Part shown: one piece after another, positions 1 to 13,001 of the stretch
Position numbering within the stretch: the stretch's first letter is position 1
Layout: the number at the start of each line of letters is the position of its first letter
NCBI RefSeq assembly: GCF_000143415.4
Contig: NW_003314410.1
Coordinates: forward strand, 170,115-234,114
Direction of reading: 5' to 3'
Length of the DNA: 64,000 bases
Source: Selaginella moellendorffii
Lineage: Eukaryota > Plantae > Lycopodiophyta
Made by a program: the position numbers and the translations under genes
The notes under the pieces: generated by a model
Seen by the model: the letters and a program-made list of their open reading frames with translations, nothing else
The model's database searches: none
What the model was told of the DNA's origin: nothing

Positions 1-860
1 ACTCATCTAGATCACATCCTCAACTCTCTGAGGAAACTATTATATTATTCCCAAGATCCCAAAGTCATTCCCTTACTAGCCCTTTTCTATCCACCACATT
101 GCCTATAAGTTCACACACAAACTATAGTGGGGAGTCATGTCCTCCTAACATGTTGTTCCTCAAGGATAGGCTCAATCCTAGGACCTTCTGATGCCAATAC
201 AAGTGGTGATATACTTAGCCACCAATAAAAGTCGGACTAAGGAATAGCTTCGATACCAAATTGTAAGCGACTAAATTTTCCATTCTACTTTAATCACTTA
301 ACCACACCATTGACTAATTAGAGGAGTCTCATTCACAACCTCCCTAAGTCCAATTTAGGACTTGGGGCTTGTTAGCCCCGAGAATGGCATCAATGCCACT
401 CAACCTTTGCACCTAATCCAAGTGCTCCACATGTCTAATCCCACGACCAACACCCCAAGGTACCATTGACATATTAATCCGTTACGCTAAGGCCATGCCC
501 CTTCACCTTGGTCACACTAATGGTTTAACACCACCTGTATCACAGTCCCGTCTCTCAAAGATTGGGCCATCCATCCATGAGTGATCATCCTATATCCACT
601 CTTTAGCATCCTTAAGATGCCCACAGACATGGGGAATCCAATATCCCTCTTTGGTCCTCTCCAAGTCCTTTCCTATCTATGGCCGTGTTTGCCAATACTG
701 CCATTGGATCAAGGCCCACAAGCCTGACCACTAAGTCTCATAATCCTCTGAGACTTCCTCACCACACGATTGTATCTTTGGTCACTAGACCAAAGGATTG
801 CACCTCTTCCTTTCACAGTCTGGTCCTTTGGGACAACATTTCGGAACACCGTGGCCCTAC
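1..860 (-). mobile_element. LTR retrotransposon fragment (internal end + PBS + LTR terminus), near-identical to 5756-6616, truncated by an N gap
   Basis: 1-860 matches 5756-6616 except for one visible 1-nt indel. It contains gcttcgatacca-aat-TGTAAGCG, i.e. a minus-strand LTR end followed by a tRNA-iMet-like PBS (TGGTATCGAAGC). Confidence 0.8.
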
Positions 861-1711
861 NNNNNNNNNNNNNNNNNNNNNNNNNNNNNNNNNNNNNNNN
901 NNNNNNNNNNNNNNNNNNNNNNNNNNNNNNNNNNNNNNNNNNNNNNNNNNNNNNNNNNNNNNNNNNNNNNNNNNNNNNNNNNNNNNNNNNNNNNNNNNNN
1001 NNNNNNNNNNNNNNNNNNNNNNNNNNNNNNNNNNNNNNNNNNNNNNNNNNNNNNNNNNNNNNNNNNNNNNNNNNNNNNNNNNNNNNNNNNNNNNNNNNNN
1101 NNNNNNNNNNNNNNNNNNNNNNNNNNNNNNNNNNNNNNNNNNNNNNNNNNNNNNNNNNNNNNNNNNNNNNNNNNNNNNNNNNNNNNNNNNNNNNNNNNNN
1201 NNNNNNNNNNNNNNNNNNNNNNNNNNNNNNNNNNNNNNNNNNNNNNNNNNNNNNNNNNNNNNNNNNNNNNNNNNNNNNNNNNNNNNNNNNNNNNNNNNNN
1301 NNNNNNNNNNNNNNNNNNNNNNNNNNNNNNNNNNNNNNNNNNNNNNNNNNNNNNNNNNNNNNNNNNNNNNNNNNNNNNNNNNNNNNNNNNNNNNNNNNNN
1401 NNNNNNNNNNNNNNNNNNNNNNNNNNNNNNNNNNNNNNNNNNNNNNNNNNNNNNNNNNNNNNNNNNNNNNNNNNNNNNNNNNNNNNNNNNNNNNNNNNNN
1501 NNNNNNNNNNNNNNNNNNNNNNNNNNNNNNNNNNNNNNNNNNNNNNNNNNNNNNNNNNNNNNNNNNNNNNNNNNNNNNNNNNNNNNNNNNNNNNNNNNNN
1601 NNNNNNNNNNNNNNNNNNNNNNNNNNNNNNNNNNNNNNNNNNNNNNNNNNNNNNNNNNNNNNNNNNNNNNNNNNNNNNNNNNNNNNNNNNNNNNNNNNNN
1701 NNNNNNNNNNN
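861..1711. other. Assembly gap (N run)
   Basis: Continuous Ns; ORFs spanning it are artefacts. Confidence 1.
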
Positions 1712-4700
1712 CACTTCTTGAGATATCCTTTCATTCCTAATAAAGACTTTACTTTGAGGGTGTTCACCCCTAGTACATCTTTTAGCATCTTCTGTTGTGG
1801 GCTCCGTCTATGGCCTAACTTTGTGACCCTCCTATATGTCTTTTATATAGACTACTTTCTTTGGACTCACTATGCTATCCCATTGACATAGCTCATTTCC
1901 CTTATGTGTTCTTCCCACTTGGTCACCTTAACCAAACTATACCATCATTAATAGTTCAAATCAACACTTTAAACTTGGAACTTTATTTTTTAACTTCACA
2001 AAGACCTTGTCTTTGTTTTTAGCCATAAAATCACCTAGTGATCTAACCTTGGTACGTTAACATTTTGCTAATAAGTACTAGGTTTTCCAGACCTTTAACT
2101 TATTGGCCATGACCCCGGGGGTATCCCACACACTTGGCAGTGCACCCAAGCCAACCCTTCCGGCCAATGGTCCATAGCAACTAAGACTACATGTCCCCAT
2201 CTCATTCACCACGTCCTTGGTGCCACTCACACCAAAGTGTTCAAGTTAGATATGCCAAGCCACACTAAGCAATCTAACCGTGTATCACGACTTTGGGGCA
2301 TCCCCCTGCTTAGCAATGTGCCCAAACCAGTCTCTTTACTAAGAGTCCATGACCACTGAAAATGAGTATCCTCATTTTCCAAACCATCACCACGCTCTAG
2401 TGAGTTGGGACTCGAACGCAAGCACTAGAGGGTCAGGACTTGAACCCAACCTCCATATATGCATCTACAGACGGCTTTACCCAAGATTTCTGGCATGACT
2501 CCCCACGCTGGTGCACCAACTTATACTTAAAGCACGCTATAAATCATATCTTAGGAACTTAGTTCCTCTGCACTGCCAAGTCTTTTCACTTGATAAGTCT
2601 GTGATCATGCATGGACTCCTCCATGCTTGGCCCCATGGGCCATGCCTATTGAAGTTAGCACCTTCAACTACGGGGTTTGTTCCTCTGACTTGTCAATCTC
2701 GCTTCGCAAGTCATCCAACCAACGTAACATGGTTTCATGCATAAGCGTGAAAGTCCTTGACCATTGACTTTCATTCAAAACCATCCCTTTGAACACTCGG
2801 GGACTACTTCCCTAACATCGATAGCATTGCCTCATGACAAGCTTCAAAACCATGCTTCTGTTAGGCCACTATAATTTTGCACGTTTTATGAACCATTTAC
2901 CCTTGGCTTTTTAAGTACTAAACTACTTAGAATTGTCTTTAGGAACCTTGAAGGAACTCTTTCCCTTAGCTTGCTAAGGCCTCTTCTTTCGCAAGATTTT
3001 TAATTGCTATATGGTCTAACACAGACAATTCCATGCTTTAGATTCTCCATAGCATCACGGTTACTAGTGACAACATGTTTGAGCGCCCACTTGATTCTCC
3101 ACTCCCAACTAGCATAACCACCTTTGGTTATGCTCTTCGACCCTTATGGTTTGGTTCTATCCCCTTATTACCATGCTTTAGCAAGTATTCTTATGGATGA
3201 ACCTATTGTAAGCCACAAATTTTTCCTCTCCAATTTGCCAGTTTACCTCGTCTATCCGGCCAACTCTGCCTTGGCTTGTGTTAAGTTCCCTCGCCAAGGT
3301 CCTCGCCTATGGTACTAGCTCCTACTTGGTCCTACTTGGTTTCAGCTACTCATTGCACGAGCAACAGAGTGTTAGCCATCCATCTACGGATTCCCAAATC
3401 TCTCCCAATCCCCCTCCCCGGGTTAGACTGGACTTAAGGTTTGGCTACACTCCCCGCAGGCACAAACAGCCAAGCACACCAAGCCTCCAAATTCCTAACA
3501 CCCCTTGGTACCACAAGACTTGATCATGGGACCCTCTAAATCCCAAGCCTTGGGTGCAGCACTTGCTTCGGGACGTCGGGGTGAAACACCGTGGCTTAAC
3601 GGCCCGGTATGGGTACCTCTACCCCCCCACTTCCATCCTGAAGGGAAGGCCCAAGCCCCTAGGAAGGGCGAGGACCAATAAGCCACAAGGTACTCAAGTG
3701 GGGCACCACTTCACATGAGCCGGGAGTACCACAGTCGGTTTCCCTTTCGAGAGTGGGAGCTGCTCTTGAGCACTTCCCTGGGTGGCCCCTCTAGCACCAC
3801 CCAAGCCCATGCTCACTCCCACCCAATGCCCCTTGGCCCTAGTCTCAACCTCAAGTCAGTTTGGAAGCACCACTGGAGAGTTCCTTCAAGACTGGTTCCT
3901 AGACCTCACTATCCCTACTATACTTTTGGAACCCCCCTGCAGCCCCCCCCCCCCCCCCCCGCCCCCTGGGATACGCACGCTTTGGGCTTTCACCCCTTGA
4001 CCTGTATTAGTATTTGGACTTAGTCTTAGAATCGATTTCGGACTCGATCTCGGACCCGATCTCGGACTCGACTTTGGACTCGACCTCGGACTCAGTCTCG
4101 GACCCGATTTGGATCTCGGACTCTGTCTCGAACTTGGTCTCAAACTCGGTCTCCGATTCGGCCTCGGCTCGATCCCGAACTCTATCTCGAACTCGGTCTC
4201 TGAGTCGGTCTTGGACTCGATCTTCAACTCGGTCCTATCTGATGAATTCTTTGTCATTTCGTTCATGCTTTCGGGGATCCTTTAGCTTACGACATCTCGG
4301 GGAGTCGGTTCCTTACACCTATTTGATAGCCTAGGGAGTAGTTTCTCAATCTAGGTATGCTCACTTTATAATCCCATACACCGGGATTAACGTTGCTACT
4401 TATGGGTTTTTATATGCCTATCACTAGCCTTGCCAAAATTCCATTTTTGGTTTTGTTCAATTCAGGTAAATAGTCTTCTCTCATCTCTGCAACCTTGGAA
4501 GTTTGGATAACACCTCCTATCCATCATTCGCTAGGGACTTAATCCCTTGGGCCTTATCTATTACCCTTGCAACACCAAGCACCACCTCTTGGTATTCTAG
4601 AGTGTTTAGGTGTTCCAATAATAGCTTTTCTGACAATAAGCATTCCTTTTTTTGACATTGGCTTACTATATTGCAACATAAGCAATTTATCCCCCATAAG

Positions 4701-6016
4701 GGTATATTTAATTTCTTTATGCCAGAAGTCTTGGGTAGTTACCTTTTACCAGTTAAACTGTTTATTTTGCACCTTTTGCTTAGTTGCCTCATAATTGTCA
4801 AGTCTTACAACTCATTACTAATGCTTCCACACCTCTATCATTATCTGGGTCATCACACTCTAATTGCATGCCTTCCAGCTTAGGTTATGCCATTCCTATT
4901 TCCATTAGGATTCCTTTGGGAAAGGGTTCTTGTGAACCCGCTAACTCACCTTAAAGTATCACGCCTTGGCATATTCGGTGTCTCCACAAGCCTACTTTTA
5001 TGACACTTCTTACTTGTGTCTAGGTCCTTGCTAAGACCAATACTGTTCTTTTTCATGCCAACCATTCGTTAGCATTGCACCATAAAGTTTACACACAACT
5101 TGTGTCAAAGTTGTTTTCTTCTGGGAACACTTTCCCCACAACTTAGAATAGCATATTCTGGTATCAATGAGATACTCACTGTTCTCATACTTGGATCTTA
5201 TGATCCTCCCCAATCCTCGTAGGGCACAACACACCTTAGTCCAAATACTTTTTACCAATCCTTTAGGACCATTCTTTGACTCTACTTGAGTCATCTAGCA
5301 CTTTTGGACTTCGCTAATCCATAAACCTATAAGGTCCTACTTGTGAGGTACCAGCTCATTAGAATATAACTTCTTGCATTCATGTCTTACTCACAAGGGC
5401 CATTTTTGCAAGTGTTACTTCGACACTTGATTTTGTTCTCTAGGGGCAACCTTTACCCCTTATGACTATTTGTCCATGTGATAAGAATACCAACTCATCT
5501 TTAAGTACACCCCCAACTCCTTGGGTTGTTCCAGCATTTATTAAAGGTAGCCCCACTACCATTTCAAGGATTTGAGTCCTTTTCCGTATTTGACCTCCCA
5601 CGGTCATTAATTCTAGTCTTAAATTCATAAGCACCAACCTCAACTATATGAGGATAAGTTTGTGACTCTTTTATTGTTTTGGAATTTCTATTTTTCCCGT
5701 GATCCCAACTATAGTTGTTTACCACAACTAGATTAACTAGTTTGCTGAGTCAAACACTCATCTAGATCACATCCTCAACTCTCTGAGGAAACTATTATAT
5801 TATTCCCAAGATCCCAAAGTCATTCCCTTACTAGCCCTTTTCTATCCACCACATTGCCTATAAGTTCACACACAAACTATAGTGGGGAGTCATGTCCTCC
5901 TAACATGTTGTTCCTCAAGGATAGGCTCAATCCTAGGACCTTCTGATGCCAATACAAGTGGTGATATACTTAGCCACCAATAAAAGTCGGACTAAGGAAT
6001 AGCTTCGATACCAAAT
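1712..6016 (-). mobile_element. Degenerate internal region of an LTR retrotransposon (probably Ty3/gypsy), with an embedded related LTR-like segment at ~3905-4320
   Basis: CpG-poor, no long ORF, bounded at 6001-6013 by the PBS. 3911-4020 is clearly similar to LTR segment 6941-7040 (ccctactatacttttggaacc, C-run, gctttgg..tttcaccc). Weak integrase-like remnants at ~4400-4720 (inference). Confidence 0.55.
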
Positions 6017-7959
6017 TGTAAGCGACTAAATTTTCCATTCTACTTTAATCACTTAACCACACCATTGACTAATTAGAGGAGTCTCATTCACAACCTCCCT
6101 AAGTCCAATTTAGGACTTGGGGCTTGTTAGCCCCGAGAATGGCATCAATGCCACTCAACCTTTGCACCTAATCCAAGTGCTCCACATGTCTAATCCCACG
6201 ACCAACACCCCAAGGTACCATTGACATATTAATCCGTTACGCTAAGGCCATGCCCCTTCACCTTGGTCACACTAATGGTTTAACACCACCTGTATCACAG
6301 TCCCGTCTCTCAAAGATTGGGCCATCCATCCATGAGTGATCATCCTATATCCACTCTTTAGCATCCTTAAGATGCCCACAGACATGGGGAATCCAATATC
6401 CCTCTTTGGTCCTCTCCAAGTCCTTTCCTATCTATGGCCGTGTTTGCCAATACTGCCATTGGATCAAGGCCCACAAGCCTGACCACTAAGTCTCATAATC
6501 CTCTGAGACTTCCTCACCACACGATTGTATCTTTGGTCACTAGACCAAAGGATTGCACCTCTTCCTTTCCACAGTCTGGTCCTTTGGGACAACATTTCGG
6601 AACACCGTGGCCCTACATGAGCCTTGTGGGTATTCTCCCCGCCTTCCGCCTTTGGGTGCTTTAGCCATGGGCTTAGAGTGAGGTTTTGTTGAGCCACACT
6701 AGGTATCCAAGTAGGTAGTGCCACCCATGCTTGGACTGGGAACATCGATTATTCAATCTCCCGGAGGAACTAGAGCTGACTCTTGAACACTTCATTAAGC
6801 TACCCCATTTGTCAGTCTGTATTCACTGTAGTTTTGGACTTCCCAGTGGTCAACTCATCACCCAACAATTGGGTATAGCCTTCCTGGGCCAAATTGGCCT
6901 TTCTTGGCTAAACTGGCTCCACTAGACTCCACCCCCACACTCTCCCTACTATACTTTTGGAACCCTATGTAGCCCCCCCCCCGGGGGATGATTGCTTTGG
7001 GATTTCACCCAACTGCTTGTATTAGTATTCAGACTTGGACTCGAACTCGAACTCGGACTCAGTCTCAATCTCGGTCTTGGACTTGGACTTGGACTTGGAC
7101 TTGGACTCGGTCTCGGTCTCGGTCCCGGTTCCACCTCGGACTCCATTTCATACTCCATCTCGGGTCCATCTCGGACTCCATCTCGAACTCCATCTCGGGT
7201 CCATCTCAGACTCCATCTCGGGTCCATCTTAGACTCCATCTCGGGTCCATCTCGGGCTCCATCTCAGGTCCATCTCAGGCTCCGTCTCGGACTCCATCTT
7301 GGGTCCATCTTGAACTCCATCTCGGGTCTATCTTGGACTCCATCTTAGACTCCATCTTAGACTCCATCTCAAACTCCATCTCGGGTCCATCTCAGACTCC
7401 ATCTCATGTCCATCTCAGAGTCCATCTCGGGTCTATCTCGGAGTCCATCTCGGACTCCATCTCAAGTCCTCTTATGTCCCTTTTCTAGAGACTCACTTAT
7501 TGCTTGCTTTGTGCTCGTTCTTCGAGCACTTCGTTGGGAGTTCCACTCCCGCTCTCGACCTTTCAAGTCAGAGCTTTTAGTCCAAATGTGTTACGCTTCT
7601 CGAACTCCATCTCGGACTTCATCTCGGGTCCATCTCGGACTCTATCTCGGGTCCATCTCAGACTCCATCTCGGGTCCATCTCAAACTCCATCTCGGGTCC
7701 ATCTCAGACTCCATCTCGGATTCCATCTCGGGTCCATCTCAGACTCCATCTTGGACTTCATCTTGGGTCCTCTTGTGTCCCTTTTCTAGAGACTCACTTA
7801 TTGCTTGCTTTGTGTTCGTTCCTCGAACACTTCGTTGGGAGTTTCACTCTTGCTCTCGACCTTTCAAGTCAGAGCTTTTAGTCCAAGCATGTTACACTCA
7901 TTTGGCTTTCGCTTCGGCCACTACCACCCTTTCGGCTCCACTTTAGGGCCTGTCTCACA
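6017..7959 (-). mobile_element. Long terminal repeat (~1.94 kb; 5' LTR of a minus-strand element)
   Basis: TGTAAG...CTCACA termini (TG..CA, imperfect inverted ends); PBS immediately adjacent; a homologous solo copy at 27208-28824 has the same boundaries. Confidence 0.85.
7035..7770. repeat. Hexamer/12-mer tandem repeats (GGACTC, CCATCTCGG variants) inside the LTR
   Basis: Directly visible; similar tracts at 4030-4240 and 28210-28590 give rise to the low-complexity ORFs. Confidence 0.95.
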
Positions 7960-8985
7960 TTAGCCTTTCCGGAAGCCTAATATTATTTAAACTCAAGGAC
8001 ATTTAACCCTAAATATTTTAATACTATTAACCAATTAAAAAAAAGGATGCACTTTTATTCATAGACCTTTTCTTTTTATATTTGAACCTGATCAATTATC
8101 TTTCAAGTTGTTCTTATTAATTGCTTACATACCTTTGTTATTAAGTGGAATGCAATCTCCAAGATTTAACATCTATACTACTATAGCCTTAAAAGAAAGC
8201 AATGGTGAAAGTGATAGTACTTGATAAACTAAAAGTGGAGTGACTCATAGTTATACTTTAACATTCCTTTATAGCTTAGCATGGTAAAGCACATGATTCT
8301 ATTATCACTCTAAACCTTAAGAATTCTACTTTTATCCATGCCCAATATAGAAGCATTTGTCTGGCATTAGATGCAATCTAATGGTAGTGAAGCCCATCCA
8401 TTACCTCCACGACTATCCTTTCAAGCTGGGTGAACGTGTTATAGCCTCTTGGTCTTCTAACAAAATTGCAACCTCTCTATAGAACACCATAACAACCTCT
8501 CCATAGCATTATATTCTCACCTCTTGTTCTTGTTGGGCATGGCAAAAGAACCAAATTGCACATTATCACTCTTGAATGGCTTGAAATTCTGCCCATGACA
8601 TCGGCCATTGCTATGGGCATGAAGCCCCATCCCTGGCATACAGTTCGTGAAATATCCAATGCTTGTGTTTTTCTCATACTACTATTCTATATGTACCAAT
8701 AAGACACCGACACGTGTCCTCTAAATGTCTTTTCTACCCTTTTTTTCTAGTGCACGCCATATTGTCTTGAAGTAACAAAAGTGACAAACCACCAGAGATC
8801 TGCAAAAGCCTATCGAACGCATCCGCCCACCAAACCTTTTGTTCTGTGAGTTGATGAAAAGAAGTTACGACCTTCTCCCTGCCATAGCATTAAAAGTTAC
8901 ACATGCATGCGAACTTTTAGACCAGACAAGTCCTCTTGTGTGTTTCTAGGCTACTCTCTTCAAATCATGCGCTAGAAGAACAATC

Positions 8986-10420
8986 ATGTCCAATGTGGTT
9001 CATATAGCCTCCGTCTGCACGATCGTCCCAGCGATTCCAACGCGCCAGCCTTGTACTCTCTGGCTTTGCAACTCTCAGATCCAGCTCCTGTCCGAGAACT
9101 ATCTCAAGCAAGTCTACTATTTCCCAGAAGCAGTGGATTCGTCACCAGGCTCCTTCGATCGATTGGTGACGAGCTTAAAAGTATCCTTGTCTCAGGTTCT
9201 CGTTCCATACTACCCAATAGCGGGGAGGCCCCGGATCGCCGGTCTCGACCGCCCGGTTCTCGAGTGCAACAACCAAGGCGTCGAATTTGTGGTGGCATTT
9301 GCCAATGCGAGCTTCCACGACTGGGGCGATTCCATGAAGCACTGCTCAATCGAGCATGAGCTCAACCAGGCACAGACCGAGATCACGGATCACGAGAACT
9401 TCCCACAGCTCAAAGTCCAGGCAAGTCCGGAGACTTTACGTTGACCTGTTCTGACCGTGTTTGCAGGTCACCAAGTTCCGGTGTGGCGGGATCGCCCTCG
9501 GCCTCGTCACCACCCACATTGTCACCGACGGCTCGTCCATCTTTGCGTTCTTCAAGGCCTGGTCGGATATCCATCAGGGATTGCCACCGCCGAATCCACC
9601 GCCATCATTCGACTCCAGCATCCTCAGGGCCCGAGATCCCCCCAGCATCAAGATGCCCATCCGGGACTACGTCGCGGTGGCACCGTCCCTGGCCCAGGAT
9701 CACACTGGAAAGTCCGGGGAGGATATCTCTCCCAAATACCACGTCCGGGAATTCCACATGAGCGAGCTCCAGCTCTCGCATCTCAGGCACGAGATCGCAT
9801 CCGGCCCGTTCTCCTACGGCAGCTTCCCGACATCCTTCGAGGCCGCCGCGGCGCTCGTCTGGAAATCCATCACCGAGGCGCGGGATCTCGTCGACACCGC
9901 CATCGCCACATTCGTCTACTCGGGCTCCGCCAAGGCCGGCAAGAACCGGCGGCATCCCCCAATCCCGGACGAGTACTGCGGCACCTCCGCCATGACCCTC
10001 GTCCTCCCGTGTCCGGCGCGCGACCTCAAGAATAAGCACATCTCCTTGGCCGCTCGCCTCGTCCACGACGACATCCGGGCCATCACCCACGAGCGATTCC
10101 AATCCACCATTGACTGGATGGAGCTGGAAGGAATCGGCGGCCCCGGGCGCAAGGAGATCGCGGTCAACATGAGGGCCGAGATGGCGGTCTACTCCGTTGA
10201 CCTGGTCACCTTCCCCGTCTACGACGTTGACTTTGGGTGGGGGCGGCCCGCCCACTTCTCGCTGGTGCTGGAGCCGTGGTATGGCAACGGGGTGGTGGTG
10301 TTTCTTCCCACTGCCCAGGGAGGGACGCGAGAGCGCCGCATTGTGGTCATGCTCCTCGAGGATGAAATGAAGAGGTTGCTGCGAAGTGAGCTCCTCGCCA
10401 AGTTCGCCACCTTGGAATGA
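8986..10420 (+). CDS. BAHD acyltransferase, 2 exons (8986-9420, 9467-10420)
   Basis: YYPIAGR, ECNNQGVEF, KVQ|VTKFRCGG, intact HxxxD (HIVTD) and DFGWG. 46-nt intron with GCAAGT donor and TTGCAG acceptor at the conserved Q position. Confidence 0.93.
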
Positions 10421-10447
10421 AGGGTTCTCGGAGATTCGAGGCAAAGC

Positions 10448-10665
10448 AAGTAAATTCGTTTCAACGATCGTTTCATCGATCGGAGCAGAGTAGATACAAG
10501 AATCTCGGATTCTCGAGCAAAACAAGTAAATTCGTTTCATCGATCGGAGCAGAGTAGATACAAGAATCTCGGATTCTCGAGCAAAACAAGTAAATTCGTT
10601 TCAACGATCGTTTCATCGATCGGAGCAGAGTAGATACAAGAATCTCGGATTCTCGAGCAAAACAA
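10448..10665. repeat. Tandem repeat, ~3 units of ~63-76 bp, between converging 3' ends
   Basis: aagtaaattcgtttc(aacgatcgtttc)atcgatcggagcagagtagatacaagaatctcggattctcgagcaaaac repeated three times. Confidence 0.95.
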
Positions 10666-10739
10666 GAATGCGATCCGAGAGGGAGAGAAACTAGGGTCGA
10701 TCCGTCCGTGAGAGAGGAAAGAAAGGACAGAGGCCATCG

Positions 10740-11324
10740 TCAAGGAGAGTGAGAGGACTCGGCGGCACGAGCGGTGCACATCCTGGAACACGGAACCCTC
10801 ATGAAGGCTTGGCTCGTCCGGGATGGCACCTCCTTTCCCTTGCCAAGCTCCGGCAGCAGGAGCTTGGGCTTGGATCGATGAGCATCGTTGCCGGTGGGGG
10901 CGGGCTCTCCAGATCTTGGCACCTGGATCAAAGAATGAAGGAAAAGAATCACATTTTCGTTCCATACCTTTGCGATGCGAGGAAACATCTGTGCGAACCA
11001 CGCCGCTGGCAGCCACGCCCACAGGATCTGGGCCGCCGTTTCTCGGATCGGGCCATAGACCAGCTCCGTGACCGGTCCCTGGATCGTCCCTGTGATCATC
11101 CTGTTGATCGGCCCCTCGATTATCCCTGTAATCATCCTGTTGATCGGCCCCTCGATCATCCCTGTGATCGTCCTGTCGACCGGGCCCTCGATCATCCTGG
11201 TGATCGGCCCCTCGATCATCCTGGTGACCGGTCCCTCGAAACTAAATTTGATCACCATCCCCGCCAGCATCGATACGAGCAGGGACTTCGCCAAGAACTT
11301 CGCCGCGTCCCAGCCCCAGCCCAT
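10740..11324 (-). CDS. Putative orphan protein with N-terminal hydrophobic segment and IEGP(I/V)xRM(ITG) repeats (copy A)
   Basis: Open frame; the ATG (MGWGW) and AKSLLVS segment are conserved in copy C; 24/36-bp internal repeats; no recognisable family. Confidence 0.45.
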   Translation of the reverse strand: MGWGWDAAKFLAKSLLVSMLAGMVIKFSFEGPVTRMIEGPITRMIEGPVDRTITGMIEGPINRMITGIIEGPINRMITGTIQGPVTELVYGPIRETAAQILWAWLPAAWFAQMFPRIAKVWNENVILFLHSLIQVPRSGEPAPTGNDAHRSKPKLLLPELGKGKEVPSRTSQAFMRVPCSRMCTARAAESSHSP

Positions 11325-12123
11325 CGCTCCGCCCTCGCGCTTCCTCCCCTCCAAGAAAGAAAACTAGGGCTCCTACCCAAGCAACCATGGCAAAGGGGAG
11401 GGATTCATGATTGCGCTGTCCACCTGGAGTTCACGCTCCACGGTCCTTGTCAGAAGATCAAGAAGAATTTCTTGTATAGCCAAATATCTTTTTTACTGTG
11501 TGCTAAAGTTTCGATGAAAAACCTAAGGGATTGGTCATATTGGTCAACTACTGGCACATGAAGCGTGAAAGTGCTCGAGGACGAGGAGCTAGGAGGGTGC
11601 GCTGAGAGTTGGAGCTTTGTCTTGTGAAATCTTCTGAAGCTGGGACGTGTTGCGGCTGGGGTGGACTATCACGAGGACGTGTTGCGGTTGACTGAGAAAG
11701 CCATTTGAATCAATCGAGCAGCATCGCCCAAGCCCACTATCACCTCTGATTCGGGATTATGCCTCCAGCGCAAACCGGGCAGATTCGTACGTGAATTGTC
11801 CGAGCTTGATCTGGGGCTTCCATCTTGCGATGGCGTGCCTGGTTGTAGATTTCCACGTTGATGCCGGGTTCACTTCTTTGCAGTAGTTCGTCAAGTGCTC
11901 CCTTCGCTGGATTGTAGTGCGATGTAGAACCATTGTTCCAGCTTTTCGTCAAGGATTTTCATACTCCTCACTCTAGAAGTGATGGACTTCATCTTGCCCT
12001 CGTCTTGTGATTATCTTGGTTTTGGCCAGTTATGGCTTGATTGTAGTGATCTTGGGATCTTGTCTGTTGCAACTATGCACTTGGCATTTTGTGAATTGGC
12101 ATAAGCAACAGCTTGACATATAG

Positions 12124-12530
12124 TTACATTTTTATAGGCCTATGGCAGCGAGAGCTTGGGCTCGCATCAGTGAGCATCGCTGCCGGTGGGCAGAGAAAAG
12201 TTCTATATAAAGAGAAATATGATGTACATAATTGAAACCAGGCATAAGAATCGATCCAAACTAACCGCGCTCCAGATCTTGGCACCGGTCGCCAAGCCTG
12301 AAGATGAATCAGAGAATTGGATCGAAGTAAAAAGGATCTCATTTTCGTTTCATACAGTGCGAACCATGCCTCTGGAAACCATGCCCAGATCGGGCCATAG
12401 ACAGTCCCTGTGATCATCCTGTTGATCGGTTCCTCGATCATCCCTGTGAGCAGACCGTCGATACTAACTTTGATCACCAGCGCCGCTAGAGCACGGACTT
12501 GGCAAAGAACTCCGCCCGCTCCCTCCCTTC
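12124..12530 (-). pseudogene. Degenerate copy B of the orphan repeat gene
   Basis: GLLTGMIEEPINRMITGTVYGPIWAWFPEAWFA and PVPRSGA match copy A; the MGWGW start is absent and the N-terminus is out of frame. Confidence 0.55.
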
Positions 12531-12808
12531 CAGGAAAGAAAACTAGGAACCATGACCATTTGTCAAAAAATCTAGAAGAATTTTGATCTTGAAAAGATCT
12601 CCTCAAGCCTACCGTTGGATTTTTCTTCTACACTTTCTATCAAGTGCCTTCTCTATGGACAAAGAATGCTTCTCGGTCTAGGGCGTTCCTTAATCGCAGT
12701 CCAGCCCAATAAACGAAAAGTCTGGAAGTATTGTCAACTTTGGTCAACATAATCCTGAAGCACTGGCGAGGTCGTGCGCTCATTTCGAGTGCATTGGATC
12801 AAACAGAC

Positions 12809-12875
12809 ATGGTAGCTTCCACAAGCTCGGTAAGATTAGTGTCCGTAGTCCAAATCCCACCTCCAACTTCTACTC
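12809..12875 (+). pseudogene. Short 5' fragment of the second BAHD gene
   Basis: atggtagcttccacaagctcggtaagattagtgtccgt closely matches 13383 atggtagcgtccataagctcggtaaggtcagtgtccgt. Confidence 0.7.
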
Positions 12876-13001
12876 GGAGAGGAGGATCTGAGCAACAGTA
12901 GCTAATGCATGTAAGTCGAGCCATTCGTTTCTCTCGTTCGCAGGAACAGTGGAAGATAACACGTACTACCGCAAAGGATGCTTGCCATCAGCCTTTTCAC
13001 G

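Noticed and set aside
679-1891. Long ORFs of 285-373 aa
   Set aside because: Artefacts of translating the N gap.
2400-2455. Two T-loop/B-box-like motifs (gggactcgaac, ggacttgaacc)
   Set aside because: No cloverleaf or A-box could be built; not called a tRNA or SINE.
6949-7881. RS/PS/LG-repeat ORFs and a CRISPR-like look (also 3886-4334, 28094-28673)
   Set aside because: Hexamer-based tandem repeats in LTRs, with no unique spacers and no cas genes, in a eukaryotic context.
9605-10540. 311-aa antisense ORF over BAHD1, and similar shadows over BAHD2, the MTPSLs and FtsHi2
   Set aside because: Expected from GC3-rich codon usage; no motifs; recurrence only reflects duplication.
11068-11367. Plus-strand hydrophobic GPSIIPVIILLI repeat ORF as a cyclic-peptide precursor
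   Set aside because: GTG start with an in-frame stop at 11056 and no leader; the minus strand has the conserved ATG.
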